A stretch of 64,000 bases of DNA from Candidatus Marinacidobacterales bacterium (GTDB lineage: Bacteria > Acidobacteriota > Vicinamibacteria > Marinacidobacterales > DATDRI01), in the NCBI GenBank assembly GCA_965226495.1, contig OZ245365.1:4640001-4704000 (forward strand). The letters run 5' to 3'. Every line of letters starts with the position of its first letter. Position 1 is the first letter of the stretch. Of this stretch, positions 39,929 to 50,916 are shown one piece after another. The notes under the pieces are model-generated. The model was not told the origin of the DNA. It ran no database searches and worked only from the letters and a program-made list of their open reading frames with translations. A program made the position numbers and the translations under genes.

Positions 39929-42508
39929 CTATTGAACGTAACCGAGCGAGCGTAGCTGCTGAAGCTGATCGGGAGAAAGCGCGACGCCTTCCGCCGCTTG
40001 GAACTGCGTAGCCAGCGCCTGATGGGCCTCCCACTGAGCTTGGAGTCGCTTGCGGTATTCCTCGACGAGCTCGGGGTAGCGTTCGTTGACGTTGTGCAAA
40101 GCGTAGGGGTCGGAGAACAAATCGTACAGCAGCAGCCGCGGGGTCTCGGCAAAATAAGGATGAGTGGCACCCCAGCGTCCTCCCGCCGGGATCGCATGAC
40201 GGCCGAGGTCGGGATCGGCGCCTTCCTTCACGGGACTGATCTCTAAAGACGCGCCCCAGCGGCCATCGATCATCTCGATGTTGCCGAACCATTCACCGGT
40301 TTCTGCATCGACGCGGAACTCGTCGAAGATGACGGGACGTTGTTCCCACCCATCGTCCCCAGCAGGTCCAGCAGATCCGGCAGGCCCACGCGTCTCCATC
40401 AGCAGGGGCGCCAGCGATTGCCCTTGCAAAACCTCCGGCTGTGGCAAGCCCACCAAATCAAGCACGGTGGGCAGCACGTCGATCATCGATACCGGCTCCG
40501 CAAAGCGTTGACCGCCCGCGATGCGGCCAGGCCAAATGAAGATGAGCGGGATGCGGCTATTGAATGCCCCGAGGAGTGCTCCTTCCCAATCGGGGGGCTC
40601 CTCTTCGAGCATGCCTCTTCCGAAGCGGGAGTAGCTTCCGGCCGGATGGCCGTGGTCAGCGGCAATGATGAGCAGGGTCCGCTCCCATTCGCCGATCGCC
40701 TTGAGTCGCTCGACCAGGCGCCCGAGCTGATATTCCTGGTGCGCCATCGTCTCATCGTAAAGGCCACGGTGGCGCTCGTAAAAGGTTTGGCGAGGAATGC
40801 TCTCGCGTTCCAGAGCATGGCGATACGCGGCGAAGATGCTGGTCAGCTCCAATTGCTTGCTGAACATCTTCCCCTCCCACTGGGAGAGCTCGGCACTTTG
40901 CTCCGGCGAGACGTACAAACCAGCGAAGGGAGGCACCGGGCGATAGGGCCAGTGGACGTCGGTCGTTTGAAAGTGCGCCCAGTACGGCTCGGCGCCGTAC
41001 TGTTCGCGAAACCGCCAGAAGTCTTCGTGAAGCTCTTTCGAGGATTCCGAATGGTGACCGCCCAAGTGCTCGACAAGAACGTCCATCCCGCGCTCTATGC
41101 CGATAAGCCGGCCGGCGTTGGGGTTGGTGGTAAAAGAGGACGTCAAGTATCCGGCGTCGTGCAAGTGCTCCGCCATGGTCTTGGCGCTCAGCGGCACTGG
41201 TGAAGAGTAGACGCCGCGGCTCAGCCCACCCAGGACGCTGTGCTGGAGCGATGTCATGAACGATGCGGTCGACGGTTGCGTCCAGGTCGAGTTGCTGTAG
41301 GCGCGCTCGAACACCGCTCCTTCCTCGGCCAACCGCTCCATGTTCGGCGTGGTGCGGCGGTTGTATCCGTAAACACTCATGAAGTCCGCACCGGCCCCAT
41401 CGATCACATAGAAGATGACGTTCGGCTTGTCGGATCGGTGATCGCCGCCCAGCGTCGGGGCGCCCCAAAGAGCTACCGTCCCTTCGCGCTCCGCGTCGGC
41501 TTCGAGAGAAAGTGTTATCGGTTTTCCTTCATAGGCTTCGTAGCTCGAAAGATCGACGCTGACTGGTCTCCAACCAGCGGGGTCGCCGTAGGAGTCTTCG
41601 AAAACGACCTCGGCCTCTTCTCCATCGACTTCCGCGGTGATCTTGAAATCGACCGGAATGTCAGACCGCACGACTCCCAGCTCGAGATCTAATCGACCCC
41701 CTGGTGGTACGTTCACGTGATAGCTCATGCGGGCCGGTGTGTGCGCAAAGAGTGTCCGTCGCACCGAGTTCTCCCGCGCCACGCTCTTGACACCGTAGGG
41801 GTCTCGGAAGGCGCTGCCCGAAGGGACGGCACTTATTGAAACGATCTCGAAGCTCGCTTCTTCGAGCGCGCCGACGGCAATGCCCAAATGCTTCCAGGGC
41901 TTGTCTTTGCCCACGGATTCGGGGCTCATGGCTTCGGGGCGCGTCACAGGGAAGACATATGTCTGCAACTCCCCGTCACTGAATACCGGTGTCCTCGACC
42001 ATGCCAGCCAAGTGGGAAACCATGTCGGAGGGCATGACGCCACCTTCAAACTCGAAGCCGATCACCATGCCCCAAACCGGATCCGACGTGCGGGCGCGCA
42101 GCACGATCGCTTCCCAATCATCGAAATCCCAATCGTCGAGCTCGGTGTAGAGTCCCCCGATGACCAGCATGCCGGCTCGACCCAACTCGAGGAGGGATAG
42201 GCTCAAAGCGCCGTCTATACTCGCGAGCTCCGTCGAGTTGCGTTTCCCGACCGGCCCGGAATCGACAATGGCCTCCATTCTGGCCGCGGCTCGTCGAACT
42301 TCCACTCGACTTCTCGGAGAGCCTCGGTGGCAGGCCCGGCACTCTCGATCTCCGCCGCCTCGAGATGCTGCTCGAGATGGAGGGCGGTATCCGAATCGAG
42401 AGGGCCAGGCGGGCGTCCGCATCCACCACTGCCCCAACAGGCAAAGACCGGCAATAGGCCGGACAGGATCAACGGCGCAACGTACCGGTGGTAGCGCTTC
42501 AATTTCAT
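39929..42508 (-). pseudogene. Sulfatase-like protein with two compensating frameshifts (~42250 and ~41995)
   Basis: Three overlapping ORF pieces; KPNVIFYVID, RTTPNM, STWTQPS, ADHG, IDVLPTVLD, LRSLGYVQ. Confidence 0.7.
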
Positions 42509-42520
42509 CAGCGGCGGGAG

Positions 42521-43885
42521 CTAACCGTCGGTCTCTTGTGCGATCTTATACTGCTCGAGCTTCTTGTAGAGATTGCTTCGGGGGGTTCCGATGACTTGAG
42601 CGGTTTGGGAGATGTTCCAGTCGTTTCCCCTGAGCTTCGCAACGAGAAACGCTCTCTCGCTTACTTCTTTGAACTCCTTCAGGGTTCCGACGCCGAGGTG
42701 GTCAACCTGAACGAGCTCGCTGGGGTAACGGATGCTCTCGGGAAGATCCTCGACTCCGATGACATCGCTGTCGGACATAATGAGCATGCGCTCTACCGTG
42801 TTGCGCAGCTCGCGGATGTTTCCTTTCCAAGAGTACTTCTGGAGTCTCTCCAACGCCTCGGTGGAGAACTTTTTCTTCCGTAGGTGATCCTCTGTCGAGA
42901 ACACCTCGATGAAATGTGCCACCAAAGCAGGGATGTCTTCGCCCCGCTCTCGCAGGGAAGACATCTCGATGGGGATGACCGACAGGCGGAAAAAAAGATC
43001 TTCGCGGAAGTTTCCGGCGGCGATCTCATCCTCCAGTCTCTTGTTGGTGGCGGCGATCACTCGCACATCGACTTTGTTCGTCGCCGCGGAGCCCACGCGC
43101 TCGACTTCGCCTTCCTGCAACACTCGAAGCACCTTGGCTTGCGTGCGGGCGCTCATGTCCCCAATTTCGTCGAGGAAGATCGTGCCGCGATGGGCCTGCT
43201 CGAATTTCCCTACCTGTTTGGTGGTGGCTCCGGTGAACGATCCCTTCTCATGCCCAAAGAGCTCGCTCTCGATGAGGTCTTCGGGAATGGCGGCGCAGTT
43301 GACTTGAACGAAGGGGGCGCGGGCTCGATTACTGTTGCCGTGGATCGCGCGCGCCACCAGCTCTTTTCCGGTCCCCGACTCGCCGGTGATGAGAACGGTC
43401 GCATTGGTGGGTGCCGAGCGGCGAATGGCCTCTCCGACTTTGTCCATGGCTTTGCTGGAACCGACCATCCGGTAACGGCGCTCGAAACGAAGCCGTAACC
43501 GGCCGACTTCTTCCTCCAGCTCCTTCCGCTCGGCGGCATTTCGCACCGCGAGCAGCACCCGCTCGGTCTCCAAAGGCTTTTCGATGAAATCGAACGCCCC
43601 GAGCCTGGTGGCTTGGACTGCCGTCTCGACGTTTCCGTGCCCGCTTATAATGATGACCTGGGTCGAAGGTGACTTCTCTTTGAGCTGCTCCAGGACTTCC
43701 AGCCCGTCGATCCCAGGCATCTTGATATCGAGGAAGATCAGATCGGGAGGATCTTGTTCGACGGCCTTGATTGCTTCGACCCCGGACGGAGCCTCGGTGA
43801 CCTCGAAGCCCTCGTACTCGAGGGTCATGCGCATCGTTTTTCGGATGGGCTCCTCGTCGTCTACAACGAGTATTCGGGCCTTCAC
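42521..43885 (-). CDS. Sigma-54-dependent response regulator (NtrX/NtrC-like)
   Basis: Receiver domain, GESGTGKE, ESELFGHEKGSFTGA, FLDEIG, Fis-type HTH. Confidence 0.93.
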   Translation of the reverse strand: MKARILVVDDEEPIRKTMRMTLEYEGFEVTEAPSGVEAIKAVEQDPPDLIFLDIKMPGIDGLEVLEQLKEKSPSTQVIIISGHGNVETAVQATRLGAFDFIEKPLETERVLLAVRNAAERKELEEEVGRLRLRFERRYRMVGSSKAMDKVGEAIRRSAPTNATVLITGESGTGKELVARAIHGNSNRARAPFVQVNCAAIPEDLIESELFGHEKGSFTGATTKQVGKFEQAHRGTIFLDEIGDMSARTQAKVLRVLQEGEVERVGSAATNKVDVRVIAATNKRLEDEIAAGNFREDLFFRLSVIPIEMSSLRERGEDIPALVAHFIEVFSTEDHLRKKKFSTEALERLQKYSWKGNIRELRNTVERMLIMSDSDVIGVEDLPESIRYPSELVQVDHLGVGTLKEFKEVSERAFLVAKLRGNDWNISQTAQVIGTPRSNLYKKLEQYKIAQETDG

Positions 43886-43985
43886 AACTTCCTACCTCTG
43901 AGCGCGGCCCCCACGGAAAGGGATGCCGAATACGGTTCGCCGGACGCGTGGCGTGAAATCAAACCGGACCTACTAGTCCAATCTG

Positions 43986-45521
43986 TCAAAACCTGTCAGG
44001 CCTGACAGGCCTGGCAGGCCGGTCTTCGGGCTGGTCAGTTCTTTCGGGGCGAACCTTCGCAATGAACGCGAAGTTTGCGCTCCGCACGACGTACAGCAGC
44101 AGCAGCTCTCCCGGACCGGCCTGCCCGATCGCTTCCCGGTAGCCACTCGGATCCGAAACGGCTCGGCGGTTGACCTCGGTGATGACGTCGCCGCGTTGTA
44201 CCCCCTCGTCCGCGGCCGGGCTTAGGGGTTTGACCCGCGCCACCATCACCCCCTGGACGTCTTCCGGCAAGCCATATCGTTGTACCGCAGCGGGAGACAG
44301 CGGCTGCACGGTGAGGCCCAACTCGTCGACGGTGTCTGGTTCATCCCTCGTCGGTTCGGGCTCCGGTCTGGCTCCTGCCATGGCTCGCTCGTCCAGAGTG
44401 GCCCGGAGTTCTAACCGTTTGCCGTCGCGATAGACGGTAACCTCGACCGGAGTCTCCGGAGCCGAAGAGCTAATCGCTCTCACCAGATCCGCTCCAGTCA
44501 ATACCGGTTCCCCGTTCACGGCCACGATCACGTCGTAACGCTTGAAGCCCCCCTTGTGTGCCGGGGAGTCCACGGTGACACGCGTGACGACCGCGCCACG
44601 CGCCTCGGGAAGCCCGAGCTGTTCTTGGTAGTCCTCATCCACGTCGTCGAGACTGACTCCCAGATAGCCACGCGACACGGCGCCGCGCTCTCTCAGTTGA
44701 GTCAAGATGTCTCTCGCGGTGTTGATAGGGATGGCGAAACCGATACCATGCCCTTGTTGGCTTACCGCGGTGTTGATCCCTACCACCTCACCTTGCGAGT
44801 TGAGTAACGGTCCACCCGAGTTTCCGAAATTAATGGCGGCATCGGTCTGAATGAAGTTATCGAAACTCGGATTCCAGAGCACCCGGCCTTTGTAGCTCAC
44901 GACGCCAACGGTAACCGTATGATCATACATGCGCAGCGGATTCCCAATGGCGACAACCCACTCGCCTACGCGTAGAGCGTCGGAGTCGCCGAGAGGGATG
45001 GCAGGGTACTCTCCAGGCTCCTCCACTTTGAGAAGCGCCAAGTCAGTCTCCCGGTCACTCCCGATCACCTTCGCACGCAGGGTCCGCGAGTCGAAGAGCG
45101 ATACATCGACGCGGTCAGCATCTTCGATGACATGATGATTGGTCAAGAGATAGCCTTCCTTATCGATGAAAAAACCCGAGCCGGAGCCTCGCCTCGGCAA
45201 CTCCAACCCTTCGTGGGGATCGGTCTCACCGAACAAATCGAAGGGATTCCTGGATGAGTCGCCGCCTCTGAGCCCCATGGTGTCGGTGCCGGTGGCGACG
45301 ATGTTCAAGACCGCGGGATTGACCTTCTCCACGACGTTGGCGAAGTCGACCAGACCGGAGAGTCCGGACGTTTTGGACTGGCCGGGGTCGGGAAACGAAG
45401 GCCGGTTGTCGGAAGAGGATCGGGCGGCGTTGGGAGCAATCGCCCCTGCCAAGATGAGGCCGAGCATGAAAGCGAAGGCGGCGGCAACGGCCGCGGCGAT
45501 CAGAAGCTCTTGTTTTTTCAT
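43986..45521 (-). CDS. HtrA/DegP serine protease with two PDZ domains
   Basis: GSGF, TNHHVI, DLALLK, QTDAAINFGNSGGPL, two PDZ domains. Confidence 0.95.
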   Translation of the reverse strand: MKKQELLIAAAVAAAFAFMLGLILAGAIAPNAARSSSDNRPSFPDPGQSKTSGLSGLVDFANVVEKVNPAVLNIVATGTDTMGLRGGDSSRNPFDLFGETDPHEGLELPRRGSGSGFFIDKEGYLLTNHHVIEDADRVDVSLFDSRTLRAKVIGSDRETDLALLKVEEPGEYPAIPLGDSDALRVGEWVVAIGNPLRMYDHTVTVGVVSYKGRVLWNPSFDNFIQTDAAINFGNSGGPLLNSQGEVVGINTAVSQQGHGIGFAIPINTARDILTQLRERGAVSRGYLGVSLDDVDEDYQEQLGLPEARGAVVTRVTVDSPAHKGGFKRYDVIVAVNGEPVLTGADLVRAISSSAPETPVEVTVYRDGKRLELRATLDERAMAGARPEPEPTRDEPDTVDELGLTVQPLSPAAVQRYGLPEDVQGVMVARVKPLSPAADEGVQRGDVITEVNRRAVSDPSGYREAIGQAGPGELLLLYVVRSANFAFIAKVRPERTDQPEDRPARPVRPDRF

Positions 45522-45571
45522 GAACAGGCGGAGTATAGCACTCAGCCCCTTGCCGCCCAAAACGCCTTTGG

Positions 45572-46084
45572 TTAGTGTGTTTTCTGGTTGATCGCGAGCT
45601 CGAGAACAGGTGGGTTTCCGGATTCCAGAAAAGACTCAATGGCATCGACGAACGCGGAGACATCGACACCCATGAAGCGTCCGTCGACTCGGCGCAGTCT
45701 TGCGACCCCCTTTGTTGCAAGTTTCCTAGCTCCTTCGTCCCGACCAGCACGATGTTGGACGAGAGCGGCGGCAATTTGGATGAGACCTTGAAGAAACGCC
45801 CCAACGGTATCGTTGCGGCCAGTGGCTTGCCAGAGCATCTCCCACTCGGCGTGGGCTTCCCACCAGTAACCGTAATTGAACAAGTCCACTCCGTAAAGAT
45901 AAAGCTCACTCTCCCGCCAGCCTTCGGGATCGAAGGATTTCGGCGGGCATTCTGTTCTTCCATACATATGCCCCGCCGGATCGCGCTCCGGATGGGGCGT
46001 TTGGCCTGGTTGGTGTTGGTAGGGAGGGAACGCTCGTTCGGAATAGCGCCGAGCAGCGCGACGAGGCAATTTGACCACCCTCAC
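45572..46084 (-). CDS. DUF309-domain protein
   Basis: GVDLFN..WWEAHAEWE.LW..LQGLIQ; the annotated GTG start lies inside a REP. Confidence 0.85.
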   Translation of the reverse strand: MRVVKLPRRAARRYSERAFPPYQHQPGQTPHPERDPAGHMYGRTECPPKSFDPEGWRESELYLYGVDLFNYGYWWEAHAEWEMLWQATGRNDTVGAFLQGLIQIAAALVQHRAGRDEGARKLATKGVARLRRVDGRFMGVDVSAFVDAIESFLESGNPPVLELAINQKTH

Positions 46085-46110
46085 CCCGGCCCTCTCCCTG
46101 AGGGAGAGGG
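46078..46110. repeat. BoxC-like REP palindrome
   Basis: Identical to 1463-1495; a partial second copy starts near 46140. Confidence 0.85.
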
Positions 46111-46243
46111 AGTAACGGATGAAGAAACCAAAATTACCACCCTCACCCGCCGTCTGACCACCCTGTTAGGCGGGCAAACCACATTTTGACGGCTGGATCA
46201 TTCTCCAAAGAGGGAGGGAGAGCCAAAGGAGGAGGCCACCAAT

Positions 46244-47254
46244 TTACAGATTTCGCTCGATGACGTAGTCGGCCAAGGCGATGAGCGATTCCTTGTGGGC
46301 CGAGTCGGGCAGAGGAACGAGGGTCTGCTTCGCCTGCCTAGAATAGTTCTCCGCCACGCTTCGCGCCTTGTCGAGCGCCCGGTGCCGGTGCACCAGTTCC
46401 AAGACCTCTTTCCCACTCGCGTCGTCGACCGCCTTGTTGTCGATGACCGCTTGCACGATCGGTGTCGCTCGAGGCTCGGCCTGCAAGGCATAGAGAATCG
46501 GCAAGGTGACGTGCCCCTCCTTGAGGTCGGCCAGGACGGGTTTCCCTAGGACTTTTTCGTCGGCCATGAAATCCAACATGTCGTCGACGACTTGGAACGC
46601 CATTCCCAAGTTGAGCCCATATTCCGTCAGGATGCGCTCCTGCTCGTCTCCCGCCTCGGCGAGCACGGCCCCGATCCGGGAACACCCGCTGAACAGGTAG
46701 GCCGTCTTCAACCTGAGGATCTCGAGATGCTCTTCCTCGGTGATCTTCAGATCTCCTCCCCGATTCAATTCCAGGATCATGCCTTCGATCATTCTGAGCG
46801 TGACGTCGCAGATCACCTGCAGGATATTTAGGTTACCGAGCTCGATGGCCAGGCCCATCGAGCGTATATAGAGGTAGTCGCCCAGAAGTACGGTCACATC
46901 GTTCCCGAGCAGCGAGTTCACCGAAGTTTTCCCGCGTCGCAGCGTCGCCTCGTCGATGATGTCGTCGTGTATCAAGGTCGCGGTATGGATGAACTCCATG
47001 ACCGCCGCGTAGTAATGACCCTTGCCGCCCCGGTAGCCACAGAGCTTGCCCGCGAGCAGCAACAGCGCAGGGCGGATCCGCTTGCCTCCGCTCTGATAGA
47101 CGTAGCGGCTGCTCTGCTGGATTAACTCAACGTTGCTGTTGATGTTTTCTTCGATGAACTCGTCTACCTGCGTCAGCTCCTCTTGCACCTCCGCGAAGAT
47201 GTCGTCGAGGTCAATCTGAGGCCAGGCGGGTCGGCTGGGTTCGGGAGCCTGCAT
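46244..47254 (-). CDS. ispB: Polyprenyl diphosphate synthase
   Basis: GGKRIRP, HDDIID..LRRG, KTA, FQVVDD. Confidence 0.9.
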   Translation of the reverse strand: MQAPEPSRPAWPQIDLDDIFAEVQEELTQVDEFIEENINSNVELIQQSSRYVYQSGGKRIRPALLLLAGKLCGYRGGKGHYYAAVMEFIHTATLIHDDIIDEATLRRGKTSVNSLLGNDVTVLLGDYLYIRSMGLAIELGNLNILQVICDVTLRMIEGMILELNRGGDLKITEEEHLEILRLKTAYLFSGCSRIGAVLAEAGDEQERILTEYGLNLGMAFQVVDDMLDFMADEKVLGKPVLADLKEGHVTLPILYALQAEPRATPIVQAVIDNKAVDDASGKEVLELVHRHRALDKARSVAENYSRQAKQTLVPLPDSAHKESLIALADYVIERNL

Positions 47255-47262
47255 GGGTCGTC

Positions 47263-47754
47263 CTAGCGGTAGTTCGTGAACTCCATGTGAATGTCCATGT
47301 CGGTATCACGTAGTAGTTGAATGATTTTCTGCAGATCGTCTCTATTTTTGCCAGTCACTCTCAACTGCTCGCCCTGAATCGAGGCTTGCACCTTGAGTTT
47401 GGTGCCCTTGACCACCTTCACGATCTCCCGTGCCTTCTCAATAGGGATGCCACTTTGGAGCTCGACGCGCTGCTTGACCGTCCCCCCGAGGGCAGACTCG
47501 ATCTCACCGGGTTGAAGCGCCTTGAGAGAAACCTTCCGCTTGATCAGCTTCCCCTTCAAGACCTCCATCGCACTTTTCAATTTGTACTCATCGCTGGAGG
47601 TCAAAGCGAGATGGCCTTCCTCCAGCTGTATCTCCGTCTTAGACCCTTTGAAATCGAAACGGTTCTGGATCTCTTTGCCCGCCTGCAGGACGGCGTTTTT
47701 CACCTCCTGCAGGTCCACTTCGGAAACAACATCAAAAGAATGGTCAGGTGGCAT
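47263..47754 (-). CDS. yajQ: YajQ-family nucleotide-binding protein
   Basis: SFDVVS, RFDFKG, QASIQG..RVTGK.RDDLQ, FTNYR. Confidence 0.95.
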   Translation of the reverse strand: MPPDHSFDVVSEVDLQEVKNAVLQAGKEIQNRFDFKGSKTEIQLEEGHLALTSSDEYKLKSAMEVLKGKLIKRKVSLKALQPGEIESALGGTVKQRVELQSGIPIEKAREIVKVVKGTKLKVQASIQGEQLRVTGKNRDDLQKIIQLLRDTDMDIHMEFTNYR

Positions 47755-47852
47755 AGGGCACCCATTATTACGGAAATCGCTCTGTCAATCAATTCAGCGG
47801 GCGATTCGAGGAGCGGGCAGACAGGGCGCAAGCAATTGAAGGCAAAGGGGGT

Positions 47853-48620
47853 TTAGCAGCGGAAGAAACCGCGAAAGTTAGCGTCAGTCGCAGCCTCGAG
47901 CTCATCGAGAGTGATTCCTTTGAGCTTCGCCAACGCGGCGGCCGTATCCTTTACGAAGGCAGGCTCGTTTCGTTTCCCTCGATGGGGCACCGGCGCGAGA
48001 TAGGGCGAATCCGTCTCCACGAGGAGCTTGTCCATCGGGAGATCCTTAGCGACCTCGCGCAGGGACTCGGCGTTCTTGAAGGTCAGGATGCCGGAGAAGG
48101 AGATGAGGAAGCCCAGCTCGATCGCCGCCTTGGCGGTCGCGAGATCGGCCGTGAAAGAGTGCAGGATCCCGCCGACTTCACGGGCGTTTTCCTCCCTCAG
48201 GATGGCGACCAGGTCCTCCTCCGACTGCCGCTGATGGATGATGATCGGGAGACCCCGTTTTTTCGCGACCCGTATCTGCCGTCGAAAGACATCTCGCTGG
48301 GTCTCGGGTGGGGACAAATTGTAGTGGTAGTCCAAACCGATCTCTCCGATGGCCACTAATCGAGGACGTTGACTCAGCCTCTCGAGCGTCGTCTCACCAT
48401 CGGGTCCGAACCCCTTGGCATCGTGGGGGTGACAACCTATCGCGGTCAGAAGCTCCGGATGCTCGTCTACGAGCTCGAAGGCTTTAGTGTACGTGGCCCC
48501 TTCATCCATGAGGCCCAAGGAGAGGATGGTGTCGATCCCCGCCGCTTTGGCCCGTCGTAAGACGCCGGCGCGATCGTGATCGAAGGCTTCCATCTCCAGG
48601 TGGGCATGTGAGTCAATCAT
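47853..48620 (-). CDS. tatD: TatD-family DNase
   Basis: MIDSHAH, GCHPH, IGEIGLDY, ETDSPYL, RGKRNEP. Confidence 0.95.
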   Translation of the reverse strand: MIDSHAHLEMEAFDHDRAGVLRRAKAAGIDTILSLGLMDEGATYTKAFELVDEHPELLTAIGCHPHDAKGFGPDGETTLERLSQRPRLVAIGEIGLDYHYNLSPPETQRDVFRRQIRVAKKRGLPIIIHQRQSEEDLVAILREENAREVGGILHSFTADLATAKAAIELGFLISFSGILTFKNAESLREVAKDLPMDKLLVETDSPYLAPVPHRGKRNEPAFVKDTAAALAKLKGITLDELEAATDANFRGFFRC

Positions 48621-50913
48621 TCTTTTCCTTCTTGCCCTCCATGTATTGCAGATAGCCCACACCGCCAAGATAGCGCCCCAAGTCTTCTGGGACTAGCGCG
48701 TCTTCCGGCGGCGGAGCGCCGGCCCGCAGGTGCTCTTGCTCCCGGAGCCAATGAAATATCTGTTGACGCCAAAATCCGGATAGGGCGCTTCGTTCGGAGG
48801 CTATGTTGACCTTTTCTCTTGGATCGCTCGAGCGATCGTAAAGCTCTTCTGCCCCGGTTCGACTGTCCCAGATAAACTTATCGCGGCGATCTTGAACCGA
48901 ATAGCGCGGCTTGTTCCACAACGTCCGTGAGAAGGCCGGGCGTGGAGGAAGACTCTCCCCGAACAGAAGCGGTACGACGCTCCGACCCTGCATTTCCTCT
49001 ACCGCAGGGCCCTCACCCAACCCGACCAACCCCAAGATAGTAGGCGCCAAATCAATGAGCTCCACGACTTGCGACACCTTGCGCGGCGCCACTCCCGGCA
49101 CACGCATCATGAGCGGCACCCGTACACTTTCGTCGTAGAGCTGTGTGTTGTGACCGATGAAACGGTGCTCGAACAAAGCCTCGCCATGATCGGCGGTCAG
49201 AACGACAATCGTGCGCTCGGAAAGCCTGAGCAAGTCCAACTCCTCGAGAATCATTCCGACGAGATGATCCGCGAAGGCCATGTTTCCATCGTAGAGGGCC
49301 CGGATCCGTGAGAGCACTTGGGCCGGCACTTCCTGGCCGCGAGCCGCGGCGTCGTTGTAGACGTCCACGTCTTTCCACTCGCTGAGCCCTTTTGGAAAAA
49401 GGTCGCCGGGACCGAAGCGCGTATCGAACGGCGGCGGCGGATCATAAGGAAAGTGAGGCTCCCGAAAATGCACGTAGGCGAAAAAACGCCGCTCGGCGTT
49501 TTCCTGCAACCAGCTCGAAAAAGATTGCAGCACCGAATCCCCGTGTCCGGTGTAGTCGTCGCGCTCCCGCGCCAGCTGGAACTCCTCGTATCCGCGATCC
49601 AACCCGAAGGTCGACGATACGACCGCGTTTCCAGAGAAGCCTGCGGTGGTGAAGCCGGAGAGTGTCAGAAGACCCGGCAACGTCACCGCAGACGAAGGAA
49701 GCCGATCGGCGAAGGAAACGCTCTGGTGCCTTTCCGGATACTGCCCCGTTAGCACCGAGCCAATTGACGCGATCGTGTAAACCGCTTGGCTTACGGCGCT
49801 TTCGAAAACGACACTCTGCGCGGCGAGTCTCTCGATCTCGGGCGTCGTTGGCTTATCATAACCGTAGGCACTCATGCGACCCGCGCTCGCGCCGTCGAGG
49901 ACGATCAGAAGGACATTGAGCTCTTCGGAGAGCTCGTCGGGGACTTGCGGGGGAGACGGAGCGAGGGACGCGTCGGCCGTATAAGTAAGGACCGGCCTCG
50001 CGAAGAGATCCGCCGACTCCGCCAGCAACGAAATCTCCACCCGTTCACCGCTCAAAGAATCGAGCGCCAGCTCGTGGCGGATAACTTCGCCTCTGGGAGC
50101 TGTCGCTTCTGCGAGTCCTTCTGTCTCGCTATGGCTATCCGCGGAGCGCACGTGAATACGAAGTCTCGCACCGGCGGGAGCCAAGAGGCGTTGAGGTTCG
50201 TGAGCCCCCACATCGACCGTGAGGCGGGCCTCCTCGGGAACTCGCAAGAAAAAAGAGAGTCGCCCCCCTGCCGGCAGGAAGACTCCGGGAGATTCCGAGT
50301 GAGGCTCGACCAAGGCGAAGGGGCCCGGCTTGCCCTCGACCGGCGGCGTCCCGAGTGGAGGCACATCGAAACGATAGAAGGCTACCGCGAGCTCACGGCG
50401 ATCCCGACCATCCCCGCCGGTGTCCCTTGGAGAGCGTGCGTAACGAAATCGAATCTGGACCGTGTTCTCTCCCTCGACCAGAGCAAGCTCGAGAGGATAG
50501 CGGCCCCTACCCTCGCGTAGGTGGAGAGTGGGTAGCACCCGACCGTTGTGAGCGATCTCGAGAACCTGGGCCGGTGCACCCTCGAAGCGATGGGGCTGAC
50601 ATTCGATCCAGGCCAGGCGCTCGCCCGCGGCGTCGCTCTCGAAACGAAAGGACGCTTGGTCGCCGACCGCCCAACGAAACGCGTTGCCGTCCGGCGCCGT
50701 CTCCCCAAAGGACCACCCGTCGCCGAGAAGTGGAATCGCAGAGGGCACGCCGAACTCGACGAGGATCCCCTCCCAGTCCTTCGAAGCCACGGGCGTCTCG
50801 CTAGCGAGAGCGAGGGTCGCGCGGTTCCCGTCATTCCCAACGGGGGGATCCTGGCAAGCGAAGCAAGCCAACCATGCCGCGACCCAGACCGCGTGGCGTC
50901 CGGGCTGGTTCAC
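48613..50913 (-). CDS. Sulfatase-like lipoprotein
   Basis: FAC lipobox-like signal, NVLLIVLD, TTPEI, EPHFPY, TADHGE, LIDLAPT. Confidence 0.85.
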   Translation of the reverse strand: MNQPGRHAVWVAAWLACFACQDPPVGNDGNRATLALASETPVASKDWEGILVEFGVPSAIPLLGDGWSFGETAPDGNAFRWAVGDQASFRFESDAAGERLAWIECQPHRFEGAPAQVLEIAHNGRVLPTLHLREGRGRYPLELALVEGENTVQIRFRYARSPRDTGGDGRDRRELAVAFYRFDVPPLGTPPVEGKPGPFALVEPHSESPGVFLPAGGRLSFFLRVPEEARLTVDVGAHEPQRLLAPAGARLRIHVRSADSHSETEGLAEATAPRGEVIRHELALDSLSGERVEISLLAESADLFARPVLTYTADASLAPSPPQVPDELSEELNVLLIVLDGASAGRMSAYGYDKPTTPEIERLAAQSVVFESAVSQAVYTIASIGSVLTGQYPERHQSVSFADRLPSSAVTLPGLLTLSGFTTAGFSGNAVVSSTFGLDRGYEEFQLARERDDYTGHGDSVLQSFSSWLQENAERRFFAYVHFREPHFPYDPPPPFDTRFGPGDLFPKGLSEWKDVDVYNDAAARGQEVPAQVLSRIRALYDGNMAFADHLVGMILEELDLLRLSERTIVVLTADHGEALFEHRFIGHNTQLYDESVRVPLMMRVPGVAPRKVSQVVELIDLAPTILGLVGLGEGPAVEEMQGRSVVPLLFGESLPPRPAFSRTLWNKPRYSVQDRRDKFIWDSRTGAEELYDRSSDPREKVNIASERSALSGFWRQQIFHWLREQEHLRAGAPPPEDALVPEDLGRYLGGVGYLQYMEGKKEKND

Positions 50914-50916
50914 GGC

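Noticed and set aside
39553-40011. ORFs overlapping 39519-39886
   Set aside because: Spurious translations of the RNase P RNA gene.
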